From an uncultured Alphaproteobacteria bacterium (GTDB lineage: Bacteria; Pseudomonadota; Alphaproteobacteria; JAJFIK01): a stretch of 64,000 nucleotides of DNA. This document shows, piece after piece, positions 29,667 to 39,870 of this stretch (position 1 is its first letter; every line of letters begins with the position of its first letter). The notes beneath the pieces were generated by a model, which worked only from the letters and a program-made list of their open reading frames with translations, did no database searches and had not been told where the DNA came from. The stretch covers positions 3,730 to 67,729 of the forward strand of contig CAZTCJ010000009.1 in assembly GCA_964612085.1 (NCBI GenBank), read 5' to 3'. The position numbers and the translations under genes were made by a program.

Positions 29667-30692
29667 TTACCTTTCCAGCACGGGAAGACCCGCGAAGCGA
29701 CCGCGCCGGGGGCGGATACGGCCCACGGGCACGCCCGCCCAGTTGCGCAACACCGGCGCATGATACGGATCGAGGCCCGGGACGTCTGCATTGACGACGC
29801 CTAGGCCCGCCAGGATCCCGCACATGGCCGAGACGGCGGCGCGCTCCGCGCCGTCATCGATTTTCAAGGCGATCCCGATCCCTAAATGCGGCACGAGACC
29901 CGCATAAACGCCTTCCGCGCCGACTTTCGTGAAAAGACGCCCTTCGCTCAGAGGGATGATATCCGAATCGAAGCGCTCCGCGCCGGCGACCATGAGCGGA
30001 TGGCCGGCCTGGGCCTTCAAGAGCCGCGAGACCGCGTGCGCCCGCTCGCCCGGCATGTCGCGTCCGGAGGCGCAGCGCGCCAGCCCAAGCGCGAAGGCCT
30101 TGAGCGGCAGGCCGTAATTGGGCGCGGAACAGCCATCGATGGTGACGGGCATATCGCCCGTCCGCACACCGCATAAATCCGCGATGACCTGGCGCGAGCG
30201 CTCCTGCACCGGATGACCGGCCAGGTTATAGCCTTCCATGGAGAGCTTGAGGTGGCGGGCCAGGGTCAGAAAGCCGGTATGCTTGCCCGAGCAGTTGTTA
30301 TGGACCCGCCCCGGTTTGCGCCGTTTGCGGATGAGGCGGTCCTGTTCCGCGCCGTCGCGCGGCGGCTGGGGACCGCAGACCAGATCATTTTCTTTCAGGC
30401 CCGCGCCTTTGAGCCAGGCCTTGACGGTTTTCACATGCTCGCGCATCGCCGTATGGGAGGCGCAGGCGATCGACAGCTCCGCGTCCGAAAGCCCGAAGGC
30501 GTCCGCCGCGCCGCTTTCCACCAGCGGAATGGCCTGCATCAGCTTGTAGGAGGAGCGCGGCAGAATAGTCCGCTCCACATTGCCTTCGGCGGCGACCAGC
30601 CGCCCGTCCCCGTCCACGACCGCGTAAGCGCCCCGGTGGACGCTTTCCTCAAGACCGTTGCGCAGCACATCGACCAGTGGTGGATTTGCCAT
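29667..30692 (-). CDS. asparaginase family protein (Rhizobium-type L-asparaginase II fold)
   Basis: ESVHRGAYAVVDGDGRLV, LPRSSYKLMQAIPLV, NNCSGKHTGFL. Start at MANPPLVDVLRNG. Confidence 0.8.
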   Translation of the reverse strand: MANPPLVDVLRNGLEESVHRGAYAVVDGDGRLVAAEGNVERTILPRSSYKLMQAIPLVESGAADAFGLSDAELSIACASHTAMREHVKTVKAWLKGAGLKENDLVCGPQPPRDGAEQDRLIRKRRKPGRVHNNCSGKHTGFLTLARHLKLSMEGYNLAGHPVQERSRQVIADLCGVRTGDMPVTIDGCSAPNYGLPLKAFALGLARCASGRDMPGERAHAVSRLLKAQAGHPLMVAGAERFDSDIIPLSEGRLFTKVGAEGVYAGLVPHLGIGIALKIDDGAERAAVSAMCGILAGLGVVNADVPGLDPYHAPVLRNWAGVPVGRIRPRRGRFAGLPVLER

Positions 30693-30741
30693 AGTGTGGC
30701 CCTTCGTGCAGTGCTGTCGGTCCCGTCCACCTGCGCAAAGT

Positions 30742-31314
30742 ATGGGAGACAATCAGGTGCGTGGCTATTTCGGTATCGGTGTCGAGGGTATCAGCAAGCC
30801 GTTCAATGTGGGCAATCTGTTCCGCACGGCCCATGCCTTCGGCGCCAGTTTCGTCTTCACGATCAACGCCCATTTCAAGGCGCTCGAAGCCAAGTCCGAC
30901 ACCTCCCGCGCCATCGGACACGTGCCGTTCTACGACTGGGATACGGTGGATGACATGGCGCTGCCGAAAGGCTGTCAGCTTGTCGCGGTGGAACTGCTGG
31001 AGGATGCGGTGGCCTTACCCTCGTTCCGGCATCCGCTCAACGCGGCGTATGTGTTGGGCCGGGAACGCGGCAATGTGTCCGACACGCTGCTCGCCCGCGC
31101 CGATCACGTGGTGCAGATTCCTGCGAAATTCTGTCTGAATGTGGGGATTGCGGGTGCGCTGGTCATGTACGACCGGGTGATGAGCCTGGGGTCATTCGCC
31201 GAGCGTCCGCTCATGCCGGGCGCCGCGAGCAACGCACCCGATCATGTGCACGGGGATGAAATTCTGAAAAAAGCGATGCGCGAAACGGAACCTCAGGCGC
31301 CGAAGACCCGCTGA
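30742..31314 (+). CDS. SpoU/TrmH-family RNA 2'-O-methyltransferase
   Basis: GYFGIGVEGISKPFNVGNLFRTAHAFGASFVFTI and C-terminal LNVGIAGALVMYD (SPOUT knot motifs). Confidence 0.75.
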   Translation: MGDNQVRGYFGIGVEGISKPFNVGNLFRTAHAFGASFVFTINAHFKALEAKSDTSRAIGHVPFYDWDTVDDMALPKGCQLVAVELLEDAVALPSFRHPLNAAYVLGRERGNVSDTLLARADHVVQIPAKFCLNVGIAGALVMYDRVMSLGSFAERPLMPGAASNAPDHVHGDEILKKAMRETEPQAPKTR

Positions 31315-31988
31315 GCCAGACCCAGCATGCCGGTGAATTTCAGCGGCCCGGTGGTCACGGCCAGGGAAATGCAGACATCTCCCTCTTCAGCGACAGGCCG
31401 GTGGGTCAGATCCGGTGACGCCACGGCGACATCGCCGGGTCCATAACGATGCTCGCCATCCCTGAACGCGCCAGTGAGGACCAGCGTATATTCCATGCCG
31501 CCATGGGTGTGACGGGGCGAACCGGCCCCCGGTTCCAGCCGGATCAACTGCACCGTTACATCATCTTCACGCAGATCGGACCGGACATCGAGATCGAGGG
31601 TCTTGATACCTTTCAGCTTGCTCTTCCACTCATTCGTCTGAGCCGCTTTTTTCGCCACGGAACGCACCGGTTCCGGCAACCGATCGAGCTCGGAAGAGCC
31701 GGAAAGATCGATGGAACTGACACCCGCCAGTGACGGGACATCGGTTTCGGCGTCGATCACCGCCATGATCCGGTCGAACGCGCCCGCATCCAAAGGCTCA
31801 GGGCTCATCGCGTCGAGCAGGGCACCGCCGACCGCTTCATATCCCTTCACTTCCGCCCGGCACTCGTCGCACAGGCTGATATGGGCGGCGACGAAGAGCG
31901 CCATGGACGGATCGAGGGCGCCTGTCGCGTATCCCAGCAGCAAGTCCGAGGAGAGGTGATGGTTTGGCATTTCGTTTCGCATAGTCAT
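31293..31988 (-). CDS. chrR: anti-sigma-E factor ChrR (ZAS + cupin)
   Basis: Zinc anti-sigma motif HISLCDEC (Hx3Cx2C), C-terminal cupin with HTHGGMEYTLVLTG. It lies directly downstream of the ECF sigma gene. Confidence 0.8.
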   Translation of the reverse strand: MTMRNEMPNHHLSSDLLLGYATGALDPSMALFVAAHISLCDECRAEVKGYEAVGGALLDAMSPEPLDAGAFDRIMAVIDAETDVPSLAGVSSIDLSGSSELDRLPEPVRSVAKKAAQTNEWKSKLKGIKTLDLDVRSDLREDDVTVQLIRLEPGAGSPRHTHGGMEYTLVLTGAFRDGEHRYGPGDVAVASPDLTHRPVAEEGDVCISLAVTTGPLKFTGMLGLAQRVFGA

Positions 31989-32061
31989 GAATTATCGCAC
32001 AAAATTCTTACGCCAAGGGCTGTCCAATTTTTTTATCAGTCCGCAGCATCTTTTCCGCACG

Positions 32062-32643
32062 CTAAACCTCCCCTATGAGGACGGTTTTCAACCGGCCGAA
32101 CGCTAAACGCAACCTGGACTTGACCGTCCCCAGCGGCACACCCGTCTCATCGGCGATCTCCCTGTGGGATTTGCCCTTGAAAAATGCCAGATGCAGCAAC
32201 TCGACCTGTTCGGGCGGCAGATCCGTGATGGCATGGTGCAGCCGTTCTTCGCGCTGAAGCACTTCGACCGCGTCGTCGGGGGCCGCTTCCGGCTCGGGCA
32301 CCAGCAGCGGATCCTGGGCATCCAGTTCCGGCCGGCGTTCCCGGCGCAACAGATCGATCCGGCGGTTACGGGCGATGGTGAACAGCCAGGTCGAGACGGA
32401 GGCCTGACGGCGGTCGAACAGCGCCGCCTTGCGCCAGACCGTGAGCATCACGTCCTGGGTCAGTTCCTCGGCCTGGCCCGCATCCGATCCGAGCCGGATC
32501 AGATAGCCTTTGATGCGCGGCCCGAAATGCTCAAAAAGCAGAGCAAAAGCCTCACGGTCCCGATGGCGCGCGACGGCTTCGAGCCAGTCGGCCAGGCGCT
32601 CGCGGGAGGCATCGGCGGCGATATGAATGTCTGAATCCGTCAC
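32062..32643 (-). CDS. rpoE: ECF RNA polymerase sigma factor (RpoE, singlet-oxygen type by context)
   Basis: Region 2 (LIRLGSDAGQAEELTQDVMLTVWRKA) and region 4 HTH (SHREIADETGVPLGTVKSRLRLA), paired with chrR. Confidence 0.85.
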   Translation of the reverse strand: MTDSDIHIAADASRERLADWLEAVARHRDREAFALLFEHFGPRIKGYLIRLGSDAGQAEELTQDVMLTVWRKAALFDRRQASVSTWLFTIARNRRIDLLRRERRPELDAQDPLLVPEPEAAPDDAVEVLQREERLHHAITDLPPEQVELLHLAFFKGKSHREIADETGVPLGTVKSRLRLAFGRLKTVLIGEV

Positions 32644-33005
32644 AATGGGCAGAAACTGGCGAAACCGGTCCTCTCAAAGAGCGTGTAGCCTACGCGCGGG
32701 GCTATCAGCCTGTCCATGTAATTCCAGTGGACAGACCAACCCCCGAATCGGGCACAGTCGGATTGGGTGTTCGAGTGTCGGGGATTGGTGAAGGCAAGCG
32801 CTACGCCATACTTTGGCCCTAGACCCTCAATATCGCCCTGCAAAGTCACGCGAAGTCCTATGAGACCGTCCCCAGGGGGAGATGACGGGACCGCATGGAA
32901 CCGGGTATGATCCCTTATCGGATTGAGACGATTGGTCTTTTAATCCGCTGCCACGGACAGGTTTGTTTGGACCGCTCCGCAAGCACAGAGGACAACCGAT
33001 CCGCC

Positions 33006-33554
33006 ATGATCCGCAAGGTGATACTTTCAATATCCGCTCTCATCTGCGCCGCCGGTTTTCTGGTCGTGGCCACCCCTGGCCCGGCAACAGCGAATGAACC
33101 GAAGGTCCTGGGCCGTTACAAAGCCTGGACCGCCTTCACCATGGACCAGGGCGGCGGCAAAGTCTGTTTCATCGTCTCCGATCCTCAGGAGAAACGCCTG
33201 TCGCGCCGCGGACGCAAGCGCGGCGATGTGTTTTTCCTCATCACCCATTGGCCGGCGGAAAAAATCTACGGCCAGCCCAGCGTGGTGATTGGCTATCCCT
33301 TCGGCAACTCCACGCCGCAGGTGCGCGTCGGCTCGGACAAGTTCGACATGGTGCTCGATCCCGAAAGCGAGGATAATGAGGAGCGGGCCTGGATCGGCGA
33401 CGAGCTGGCGGAACGCCGTCTGGTGGACGCCATGAAGCGCGGCAACTCCATGACGGTCACGGGACGGTCCCAGAGCGGCACCGCTTCGACCGACCGGTAT
33501 TCCCTGATAGGCTTCACGGCGGCCCTTGAGCGGATCGACGAAGAGTGTAAGTAG
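33006..33554 (+). CDS. invasion-associated locus B (IalB)-like periplasmic protein
   Basis: Signal peptide [29 protein letters not shown]. Family-typical WTAF...[10 protein letters not shown] and a second-half repeat. Confidence 0.7.
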   Translation: MIRKVILSISALICAAGFLVVATPGPATANEPKVLGRYKAWTAFTMDQGGGKVCFIVSDPQEKRLSRRGRKRGDVFFLITHWPAEKIYGQPSVVIGYPFGNSTPQVRVGSDKFDMVLDPESEDNEERAWIGDELAERRLVDAMKRGNSMTVTGRSQSGTASTDRYSLIGFTAALERIDEECK

Positions 33555-33568
33555 GCTGTCACGGCGCG

Positions 33569-34828
33569 ATGCTTCGCTGCCGAATGACGGCGGCGAGGTT
33601 TCAGGTGACGGCAGACACAGCCAAATCGACGAATACGGCACCGGATGGCGTTCATCCGGTGCTTTTTCGTGGGCGTCTCGACGGCAAGGCCGGCGAGGCT
33701 CCGGCGATGGAACCCGCGAAACGTTCCCTCATCGGCCTGACCCGGCCTGAACTGGCCGAAGCCCTCGCAGACCTCGGCATTCCGGAAAAACAGCAGCGCA
33801 TGCGCGCCAACCAGCTCTGGAACTGGATCTATGTCCGGGGCGCGCGCGACTTTTCGGTCATGTCGAACCTGGCCAAGGACCTGCGCGACAGTCTGGGGCA
33901 GCAGTTCACGCTCGCCCGGCCGGAGGTCGTCGAGGACCAGATTTCCAGCGACGGCACCCGCAAATGGCTTTTGCGCACCGCGCCGGGCATCGAGATCGAG
34001 ACCGTCTTCATCCCCGATAACGAGCGCGGCACGCTGTGCGTCTCCTCGCAAGTGGGCTGCACGCTCACCTGCACTTTCTGCCACACCGGCACCCAGCCGC
34101 TGGTGCGCAATCTGACCACGGAAGAAATTCTGGGCCAGATCCTGACCGCCCGCGACGCCCTCGATGAATGGCCGGAGCCGGGCGTGCGCGCCGACGACCG
34201 GGCCCTCACCAATGTGGTGATGATGGGCATGGGCGAGCCGCTCTACAATTTCGACAATGTCAAACAGGCGCTGCTGATCACCTCTGACAATGAAGGCATT
34301 TCGCTCTCCAAGCGGAGGATCACGCTCTCCACGGCGGGCGTGGCGCCCATGATCCCGCGCTGCGGCGCGGAAATCGGCGTCATGCTGGCGATCTCGCTCC
34401 ATGCGGTGCGGGACGATCTGCGCGACGAGATCGTGCCCATCAACCGTAAATATCCTTTGGCGGAACTGCTCGATGCCTGCCGGGCCTATCCGGGCCTGTC
34501 GAACGCCAAGCGCATCACGTTTGAATATGTCATGCTCAAAGGCGTCAACGACAGCGACGCCGATGCCCGCGCGCTCGTGAAACTGATCTCCGGCATCCCG
34601 GCCAAGATCAATCTGATCCCGTTCAATCCGTGGCCGGACTCCCCGTACGAATGCTCCGAATGGGACCGGATCGAGGCCTTCGCCGACATCGTGAACCGGG
34701 CGGGCTATGCGAGCCCGGTGCGCATGCCGCGCGGCCGCGACATTCTCGCCGCCTGCGGACAATTGAAATCCGAAAGCAAGAAAATGCGGGCTTCGGAACG
34801 GCGCAGGCTGGCCGGCTCCGCGCCATGA
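33569..34828 (+). CDS. rlmN: 23S rRNA/tRNA (adenine-C2)-methyltransferase RlmN (radical SAM)
   Basis: [18 protein letters not shown] (Cx3Cx2C), [20 protein letters not shown]. The start could instead be the Met at 33707. Confidence 0.9.
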   Translation: MLRCRMTAARFQVTADTAKSTNTAPDGVHPVLFRGRLDGKAGEAPAMEPAKRSLIGLTRPELAEALADLGIPEKQQRMRANQLWNWIYVRGARDFSVMSNLAKDLRDSLGQQFTLARPEVVEDQISSDGTRKWLLRTAPGIEIETVFIPDNERGTLCVSSQVGCTLTCTFCHTGTQPLVRNLTTEEILGQILTARDALDEWPEPGVRADDRALTNVVMMGMGEPLYNFDNVKQALLITSDNEGISLSKRRITLSTAGVAPMIPRCGAEIGVMLAISLHAVRDDLRDEIVPINRKYPLAELLDACRAYPGLSNAKRITFEYVMLKGVNDSDADARALVKLISGIPAKINLIPFNPWPDSPYECSEWDRIEAFADIVNRAGYASPVRMPRGRDILAACGQLKSESKKMRASERRRLAGSAP

Positions 34829-35283
34829 CGGCGCAGGCGCGGGCCTATGGCCTGCGGCCCGCCGAAGACGGCGATTTCGAAGCCCTGTTCGATGTCCTCA
34901 AACAGGCGTTCACGCCGCTCGGGCCCCTGATCGGTCCCTGGGAGGATGCGGCCCAGCGCGCGGCGTTCCGCCGAAGCTTCTCCCCCGGGCAGGACCAAGC
35001 GGTGATCGCCAACGGTGCTCTCGCCGGGCTGTTCGGCCTGCGCCGTCACATCCGCGGGCTGTTTTTGATGCATCTGGCGCTTGTCCCGGACGTCCAGGGC
35101 CGTGGCATCGGCAAGGATTTGGTGGCGCGGGTGACCGCCGAATCGCGGCGCATCCGCCTGCCGGCGGAACTGACCGTGCACCGGGCAAATCCGGCGAAAG
35201 GCCTATACGAACGCGCCGGGTTTCAGCCGATTATGGAAACAGACACAAAAACCAGAATGCGCTATAGTATGACTTTCAGTTAG
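34825..35283 (+). CDS. GNAT family N-acetyltransferase
   Basis: ATGA start/stop overlap with rlm[18 protein letters not shown] motif A. 152 aa. Confidence 0.7.
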   Translation: MTAQARAYGLRPAEDGDFEALFDVLKQAFTPLGPLIGPWEDAAQRAAFRRSFSPGQDQAVIANGALAGLFGLRRHIRGLFLMHLALVPDVQGRGIGKDLVARVTAESRRIRLPAELTVHRANPAKGLYERAGFQPIMETDTKTRMRYSMTFS

Positions 35284-35316
35284 TCCGACTCGATAACAAA
35301 GTGGGGTTGCTCGGAC

Positions 35317-35907
35317 GTGGCTCGCTGGTTTCTGGCGTATTTCTTAGGCTGCCTGCTCGCGGCCCCGATCCTGATGATCGGCTGGCTGCTGGCATTCAAT
35401 GCCATGGGCATGATCAGCGCCGACGGCTTCGGCGCTGCGATGGCCGCGTGCATCCTGCTGATCCCCTTTTTCTTCGTCGGCTGTGTCTTTCTGGGCGCGA
35501 TCCCCACACCGCCGACCCATTACATGCTGAAGGGCGCCGAACGGCGCGACCTGTTCAGCTATCTGCTCGCCGGGCTGATCAGTTGGGGGCTGATGGGCCT
35601 GGTTCTGGCGATCCTGGCCGATCCTACTTTGCAGGCGGCGACCGGCACGCGCAGCGCCGGCGTCAATGTGCTGGGCGCTGCCTTGAGCACCGGCATAGCG
35701 GGCGCCGTGGTCTTAGGAATCCTGCAGCTTTTCGCGGTGACCCCGCCCAGGAACCACCACGACAAGAACGCCCCGCACCAGGATCCGCACAACCCGTATA
35801 CGCCTGGCGGCGGTTACCCAAGTCTCAGCCAATATGCGCCCCAGCGCCCGGGCCAGCCGCACCCGCAAGCGCCCATGCCTTACGATCAGCAGGTGCCTTT
35901 TTCTTAA
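35317..35907 (+). CDS. 4-TM membrane protein with Pro-rich C-terminal tail (hypothetical)
   Basis: Four hydrophobic segments, then NPYTPGGGYPSLSQYAPQRPGQPHPQAPMPYDQQ. No recognisable family. Confidence 0.55.
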   Translation: MARWFLAYFLGCLLAAPILMIGWLLAFNAMGMISADGFGAAMAACILLIPFFFVGCVFLGAIPTPPTHYMLKGAERRDLFSYLLAGLISWGLMGLVLAILADPTLQAATGTRSAGVNVLGAALSTGIAGAVVLGILQLFAVTPPRNHHDKNAPHQDPHNPYTPGGGYPSLSQYAPQRPGQPHPQAPMPYDQQVPFS

Positions 35908-36044
35908 GGACTTTCGGCCTGCGCCCGATTGAAGCGCCACTTTCCCCACCGGTTTGAAGTACGGTACGGTCGCATTGAAGCGAGCCGGTCCTGCAACCGG
36001 CGTCATGATCGCGTCCGTCCACCTCTGCGATCCGGAGTTCCAAG

Positions 36045-37286
36045 ATGACACCGACCTCGCCGCCCGTCCGTAAAGTCGTGCTTGCCTATTCCGGCGGCCT
36101 CGACACCTCGATCATTCTGAAATGGCTGCAAGAAACTTATGGCTGCGAGGTGGTGACCTTCACCGCCGATCTGGGCCAGGGCGAGGAACTGGCGCCTGCC
36201 CGCTCCAAGGCCAAACTGCTCGGTGTGCGGGATATTTTCATCGAGGATCTGCGCGAGACCTTCGTGCGCGATTTCGTCTTTCCCATGTTCCGGGCCAACG
36301 CCCTTTACGAAGGGGTCTATCTTCTGGGTACGGCCATTGCGCGGCCCCTGATCGCCCGGCGCCAGATCGAGATCGCCGAGGCCGTGGGCGCGGACGCCGT
36401 CTGCCATGGCGCCACGGGCAAGGGCAACGATCAGGTGCGTTTCGAGCTCAGTTACTACGCGCTCAATCCGGAGATCCGGGTGATCGCGCCCTGGCGGGAA
36501 TGGGATCTGACGTCGCGGGCCAAGCTCATCGAATTCGCCGAATTGCACCAGATCCCCATCGCCAAGGACAAGCGCGGCGAAGCGCCTTTCTCCGTGGACG
36601 CCAATCTTCTGCACACTTCGTCGGAAGGCAAGGTGCTGGAAGATCCCAGCCGTCCGCCGCCGGAATATGTCTTCCAGCGCACGGTCTCGCCCCATGTGGC
36701 GCCGGACCGGCCCACCGAAATCGTCATCGGCTTCGAAAAAGGCGATCCGGTTTCCATCAACGGCCAGGCCATGAGCCCCGCCACGATCCTGACCAAGCTC
36801 AACGAGCTGGGCGGCGCCAACGGCATCGGGCGGCTCGATCTGGTTGAGAACCGTTTCGTAGGCATGAAGTCCCGGGGCATCTACGAGACGCCCGGCGGCA
36901 CGATCCTGCTCGCCGCCCACAGGGCCATCGAGTCCCTGACCCTCGACCGGGGCGCGGCCCATCTGAAAGACGAGATGATGCCGCGCTATGCGGAACTGAT
37001 CTACAACGGCCTGTGGTTCTCGCCCGAGCGGGAAATGCTCCAGGCCCTGATCGATCACAGCCAGGAGGCGGTCACCGGCGAGGTGGGCCTGCGCCTGTAC
37101 AAGGGCAGCGTCGAGGTGCAGGGACGGCGCTCGCCCTATTCACTTTATTCAGAGGCCCATGTGACCTTCGAGGAAGATTCCGTCTACGATCAGCAGGACG
37201 CGGAAGGGTTTATCAAGCTCAATGCCCTGCGTCTGCGCCTGCTCGGCCAGCGCCGCAAAAAGACCGGATCCGGAGAACCGACATAA
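36045..37286 (+). CDS. argG: argininosuccinate synthase
   Basis: [10 protein letters not shown]-loop, [29 protein letters not shown]. Confidence 0.95.
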   Translation: MTPTSPPVRKVVLAYSGGLDTSIILKWLQETYGCEVVTFTADLGQGEELAPARSKAKLLGVRDIFIEDLRETFVRDFVFPMFRANALYEGVYLLGTAIARPLIARRQIEIAEAVGADAVCHGATGKGNDQVRFELSYYALNPEIRVIAPWREWDLTSRAKLIEFAELHQIPIAKDKRGEAPFSVDANLLHTSSEGKVLEDPSRPPPEYVFQRTVSPHVAPDRPTEIVIGFEKGDPVSINGQAMSPATILTKLNELGGANGIGRLDLVENRFVGMKSRGIYETPGGTILLAAHRAIESLTLDRGAAHLKDEMMPRYAELIYNGLWFSPEREMLQALIDHSQEAVTGEVGLRLYKGSVEVQGRRSPYSLYSEAHVTFEEDSVYDQQDAEGFIKLNALRLRLLGQRRKKTGSGEPT

Positions 37287-37316
37287 AAAAAACCGGCGGC
37301 CATTCGGACCACCGGT
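37285..37316 (-). terminator. intrinsic terminator of the 37341-37931 gene (also abuts the argG stop)
   Basis: On the minus strand: ACCGGUGG-loop-CCGCCGGU (one G-U wobble) followed by U8. On the plus strand the same hairpin has a C-A mismatch and no U tract. Confidence 0.65.
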
Positions 37317-37340
37317 CTTCATCCATGCCGATCGGGACGA

Positions 37341-37931
37341 TCAGCGCGGGGGCATGCTGCCTTCGGGCATCATGCTGGCCAGCGTCTCGTCCAGCAACGG
37401 AATAACCGGCGCCACGGCATCCCGGTCCACTTGGGGCACGGCCTGAATCGCATCCATGATCGCGAAGCTCTTCTGCATCTGGGCCTGCTGAGCGGGCGGC
37501 ATCATCTCAAGCATCTGCGGCGTCATCATCTGGCGCATATTGCCCATCTCAGGCGGCAGTTTGGATGCCACATAAGCCAGGATCACCCGGTCCGCGACAC
37601 CGGCCCAGACCGCATTGCTGGAAAACCCGTGCTTCTTGACGATAGACGTCAACTGGTTGAAGCCGCTGGGCACTTTCGTCTTCAGGGCGTTTGTCGCCGT
37701 CGTATAGGGCGTGAACGCCTGGCCCGGCTCGATCTCCACGTCCGACGGGAAGATCTCGTCGCCGTGCTTGGCCTTGATCTCTTCGGCCAGGACCTGAACG
37801 GCCGGCAGGCTTTCGGCCAGACGGCGGGCTTGATCCGTGGTCAATTGAGCGGCGGAGGCGGACGCGGCCCCGGCCAGCAGAACCAGCATGGCCACAAGGC
37901 CGGCCACGCTTTTCGATAAAATCGGTTTCAT
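37341..37931 (-). CDS. exported hypothetical protein
   Basis: Signal peptide MKPILSKSVAGLVAMLVLLAGAASASA, helical Met-rich mature part, good terminator. Confidence 0.6.
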   Translation of the reverse strand: MKPILSKSVAGLVAMLVLLAGAASASAAQLTTDQARRLAESLPAVQVLAEEIKAKHGDEIFPSDVEIEPGQAFTPYTTATNALKTKVPSGFNQLTSIVKKHGFSSNAVWAGVADRVILAYVASKLPPEMGNMRQMMTPQMLEMMPPAQQAQMQKSFAIMDAIQAVPQVDRDAVAPVIPLLDETLASMMPEGSMPPR

Positions 37932-38018
37932 GTTTCATCCCCCTGACTTGGGTGTGGTGGGACGGTTACTATCGGCTGTGTCGCCGCGCCACGCAAGAAA
38001 AGCTTGCCTGCTATTCTG

Positions 38019-38948
38019 TCATGAGGCGAGCATATCGGGCACCGGCGCGCCTGATTGGCGGCAGGCCGCCAGCACCGTATTGCGCAGCAGGTTGGCGATG
38101 GTCATGGGACCGACGCCGCCCGGCACCGGCGTGATCGCACCCGCGACCGTCCGTGCGCCCGCGAAATCCACATCGCCTACCAGCCGGGACTTGCCCTCGC
38201 CCTTTTCCGGGGCGGGCAGACGGTTCATGCCCACATCGATCACGGTGGCACCCGGTTTCACCCAATCGCCTTTCACAAGCTCGGGCACGCCCACGGCGGC
38301 GACCAGAATATCGGCCTCGCGGCAATGGGCGGCCAGATCCTTCGTCCGCGAATGGGCGATGGTCACCGTGCAATGCTCCGCCAGCAGAAGTTGGGCGACG
38401 GGCTTGCCCACCAGGATCGACCGGCCGATGACAAGCGCGTTCAGGCCTTTCAAGTCAGCCCCCAGATGATGCGTGATCAATTGCAGGCAGCCTTGGGGCG
38501 TACACGGCACAAGGCCCGGACGGCCCAGCGCCAGCAGGCCGGTATTGACGATGCCGAGCCCGTCCACGTCCTTGGCCGGATCGATGGCATCGAGGATCAC
38601 ATCCGTATTGATATGGCCGGGCAGCGGCATCTGCACCAGAATGCCGTGGACGGACGGATCGCCGTTCAGGGTGCGCACCAGGGCCAGAAGATCGGCCTCA
38701 CTCGTCTCTTCAGGCAGTTTGTGCTCGATCGACTCCATGCCCGCCTCGCGGGTCTGGATGCCTTTGTTGCGCACATAGATCTGGCTTGCCGGATCCTCGC
38801 CCACCAGCACCACGGCGAGGCCCGGGGTAAAGCCGTGCTGGTCTTTGAGATGGGCGGCGGCCCCGGCCACGCGGGCGCGCAGATCGGCAGCGATGGCCTT
38901 GCCGTCGATCACAACGGCGGCCTCGGATTGGGGAGAGGTCTGGGTCAT
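38019..38948 (-). CDS. folD: bifunctional methylenetetrahydrofolate dehydrogenase/cyclohydrolase
   Basis: [44 protein letters not shown]. Confidence 0.95.
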   Translation of the reverse strand: MTQTSPQSEAAVVIDGKAIAADLRARVAGAAAHLKDQHGFTPGLAVVLVGEDPASQIYVRNKGIQTREAGMESIEHKLPEETSEADLLALVRTLNGDPSVHGILVQMPLPGHINTDVILDAIDPAKDVDGLGIVNTGLLALGRPGLVPCTPQGCLQLITHHLGADLKGLNALVIGRSILVGKPVAQLLLAEHCTVTIAHSRTKDLAAHCREADILVAAVGVPELVKGDWVKPGATVIDVGMNRLPAPEKGEGKSRLVGDVDFAGARTVAGAITPVPGGVGPMTIANLLRNTVLAACRQSGAPVPDMLAS

Positions 38949-39102
38949 GGGAATTCCTCCAGGAGCAGGCGCGCCCGGCCGCGTGCACCGGGTTCAACGC
39001 GCAAAACGGCGTGAGACGCCGCATTCGGCGCCGTTCTAAGGAAAAGCAGAAGCCCGGTCTCGACGATGCGGAACGGCGTCTCCTTCGGACGGGAAACCGG
39101 CG

Positions 39103-39387
39103 CTAAAATCTCGGCCAGTATTCCTGGATGAGCAATTGCAGGAACAAAATGCCCAAAAGCAGCACCACCGGCGACAGATCGAGCCCGCCCATGGCCGGCA
39201 GCGCGTTGCGGATCGGCCGCAACAGCGGTTCGGTCAGATTAAGAAGCGTGCGGTAGACCGCCTGCACGAAATCGTTGCGGATATTGATGACATTGAAGGC
39301 AATCAGCCAGCTCATGATCACCGCGATGATGATCACATAGGTATAAAGTTCGAGGACGACGAGCAGGATGGTTTTCAAGGACTGCAT
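39103..39387 (-). CDS. yggT: YggT family membrane protein
   Basis: 94 aa, two TM segments. NLTEPLLRPIRNALPAMGGLDLSP is the YggT signature. Confidence 0.8.
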   Translation of the reverse strand: MQSLKTILLVVLELYTYVIIIAVIMSWLIAFNVINIRNDFVQAVYRTLLNLTEPLLRPIRNALPAMGGLDLSPVVLLLGILFLQLLIQEYWPRF

Positions 39388-39484
39388 GGGGCTCCCCGGC
39401 GCTGCAACATTCCTCAGATGTAGCCTTCCCGCCTGCCGGAAACAACCGCTTAAGCGCCGGGACGTGGCCGGGCCGCCTCCTTGC

Positions 39485-39514
39485 TTGACAGACGCCCGGG
39501 CCTGGCTCTAGATG
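39485..39514 (+). promoter_or_regulatory. possible sigma70-type promoter for tRNA-Ala
   Basis: TTGACA (39485-39490), an 18-nt spacer, then TAGATG (39509-39514), about 40 nt upstream of the mature tRNA 5' end. Confidence 0.35.
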
Positions 39515-39553
39515 CGGGCCTCTTGGGTTTGGCTGTAAATGCCAGATCTGAAT

Positions 39554-39629
39554 GGGGCCGTAGCTCAGTTGGGAGAGCGCAGCAATCGCACTGCTGAGGT
39601 CAGGGGTTCGATTCCCCTCGGCTCCACCA
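39554..39629 (+). tRNA. tRNA-Ala (anticodon CGC)
   Basis: Hand-folded 76-nt cloverleaf: acceptor GGGGCCG/CGGCUCC with the G3:U70 alanine identity pair, anticodon stem CAGCA/UGCUG, loop AUCGCAC, T-loop UUCGAUU, encoded CCA. Confidence 0.95.
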
Positions 39630-39870
39630 TCCGATCCGACGGTGCGCAGCACCGGCAAATCGACCTGGTGGGTCGATTTGAGGAGAGGATGCCCCGAGCC
39701 CTGCGAGGGGCCTGAACAACCAAACAGCTTTAGCGCCGACTTTCCTGCCCTCTTTTGCTTCATTCGGCTTGCGCGGCTTACCCGCCGGTTGCACACTCAA
39801 ATATGGGGGGGACTGCGGCTCTAGTCTTGAGCATGCGCCCAAACTTTATGCTTAAAATTGCAGGGCGCGC

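Noticed and set aside
31293-31314. A 22-nt convergent overlap between the 3' ends of the SpoU-family methyltransferase gene and chrR.
   Set aside because: Short convergent overlaps are common in compact high-GC genomes. Nothing else is unusual.
32644-33005. The long (about 360 bp) divergent spacer upstream of rpoE. I looked for the autoregulated RpoE-type promoter and for an RNA element, including a 7-bp inverted repeat CTGTCCA/TGGACAG near 32710.
   Set aside because: I cannot recall the sigma-E promoter consensus with enough certainty to call a site. The inverted repeat is short and isolated.
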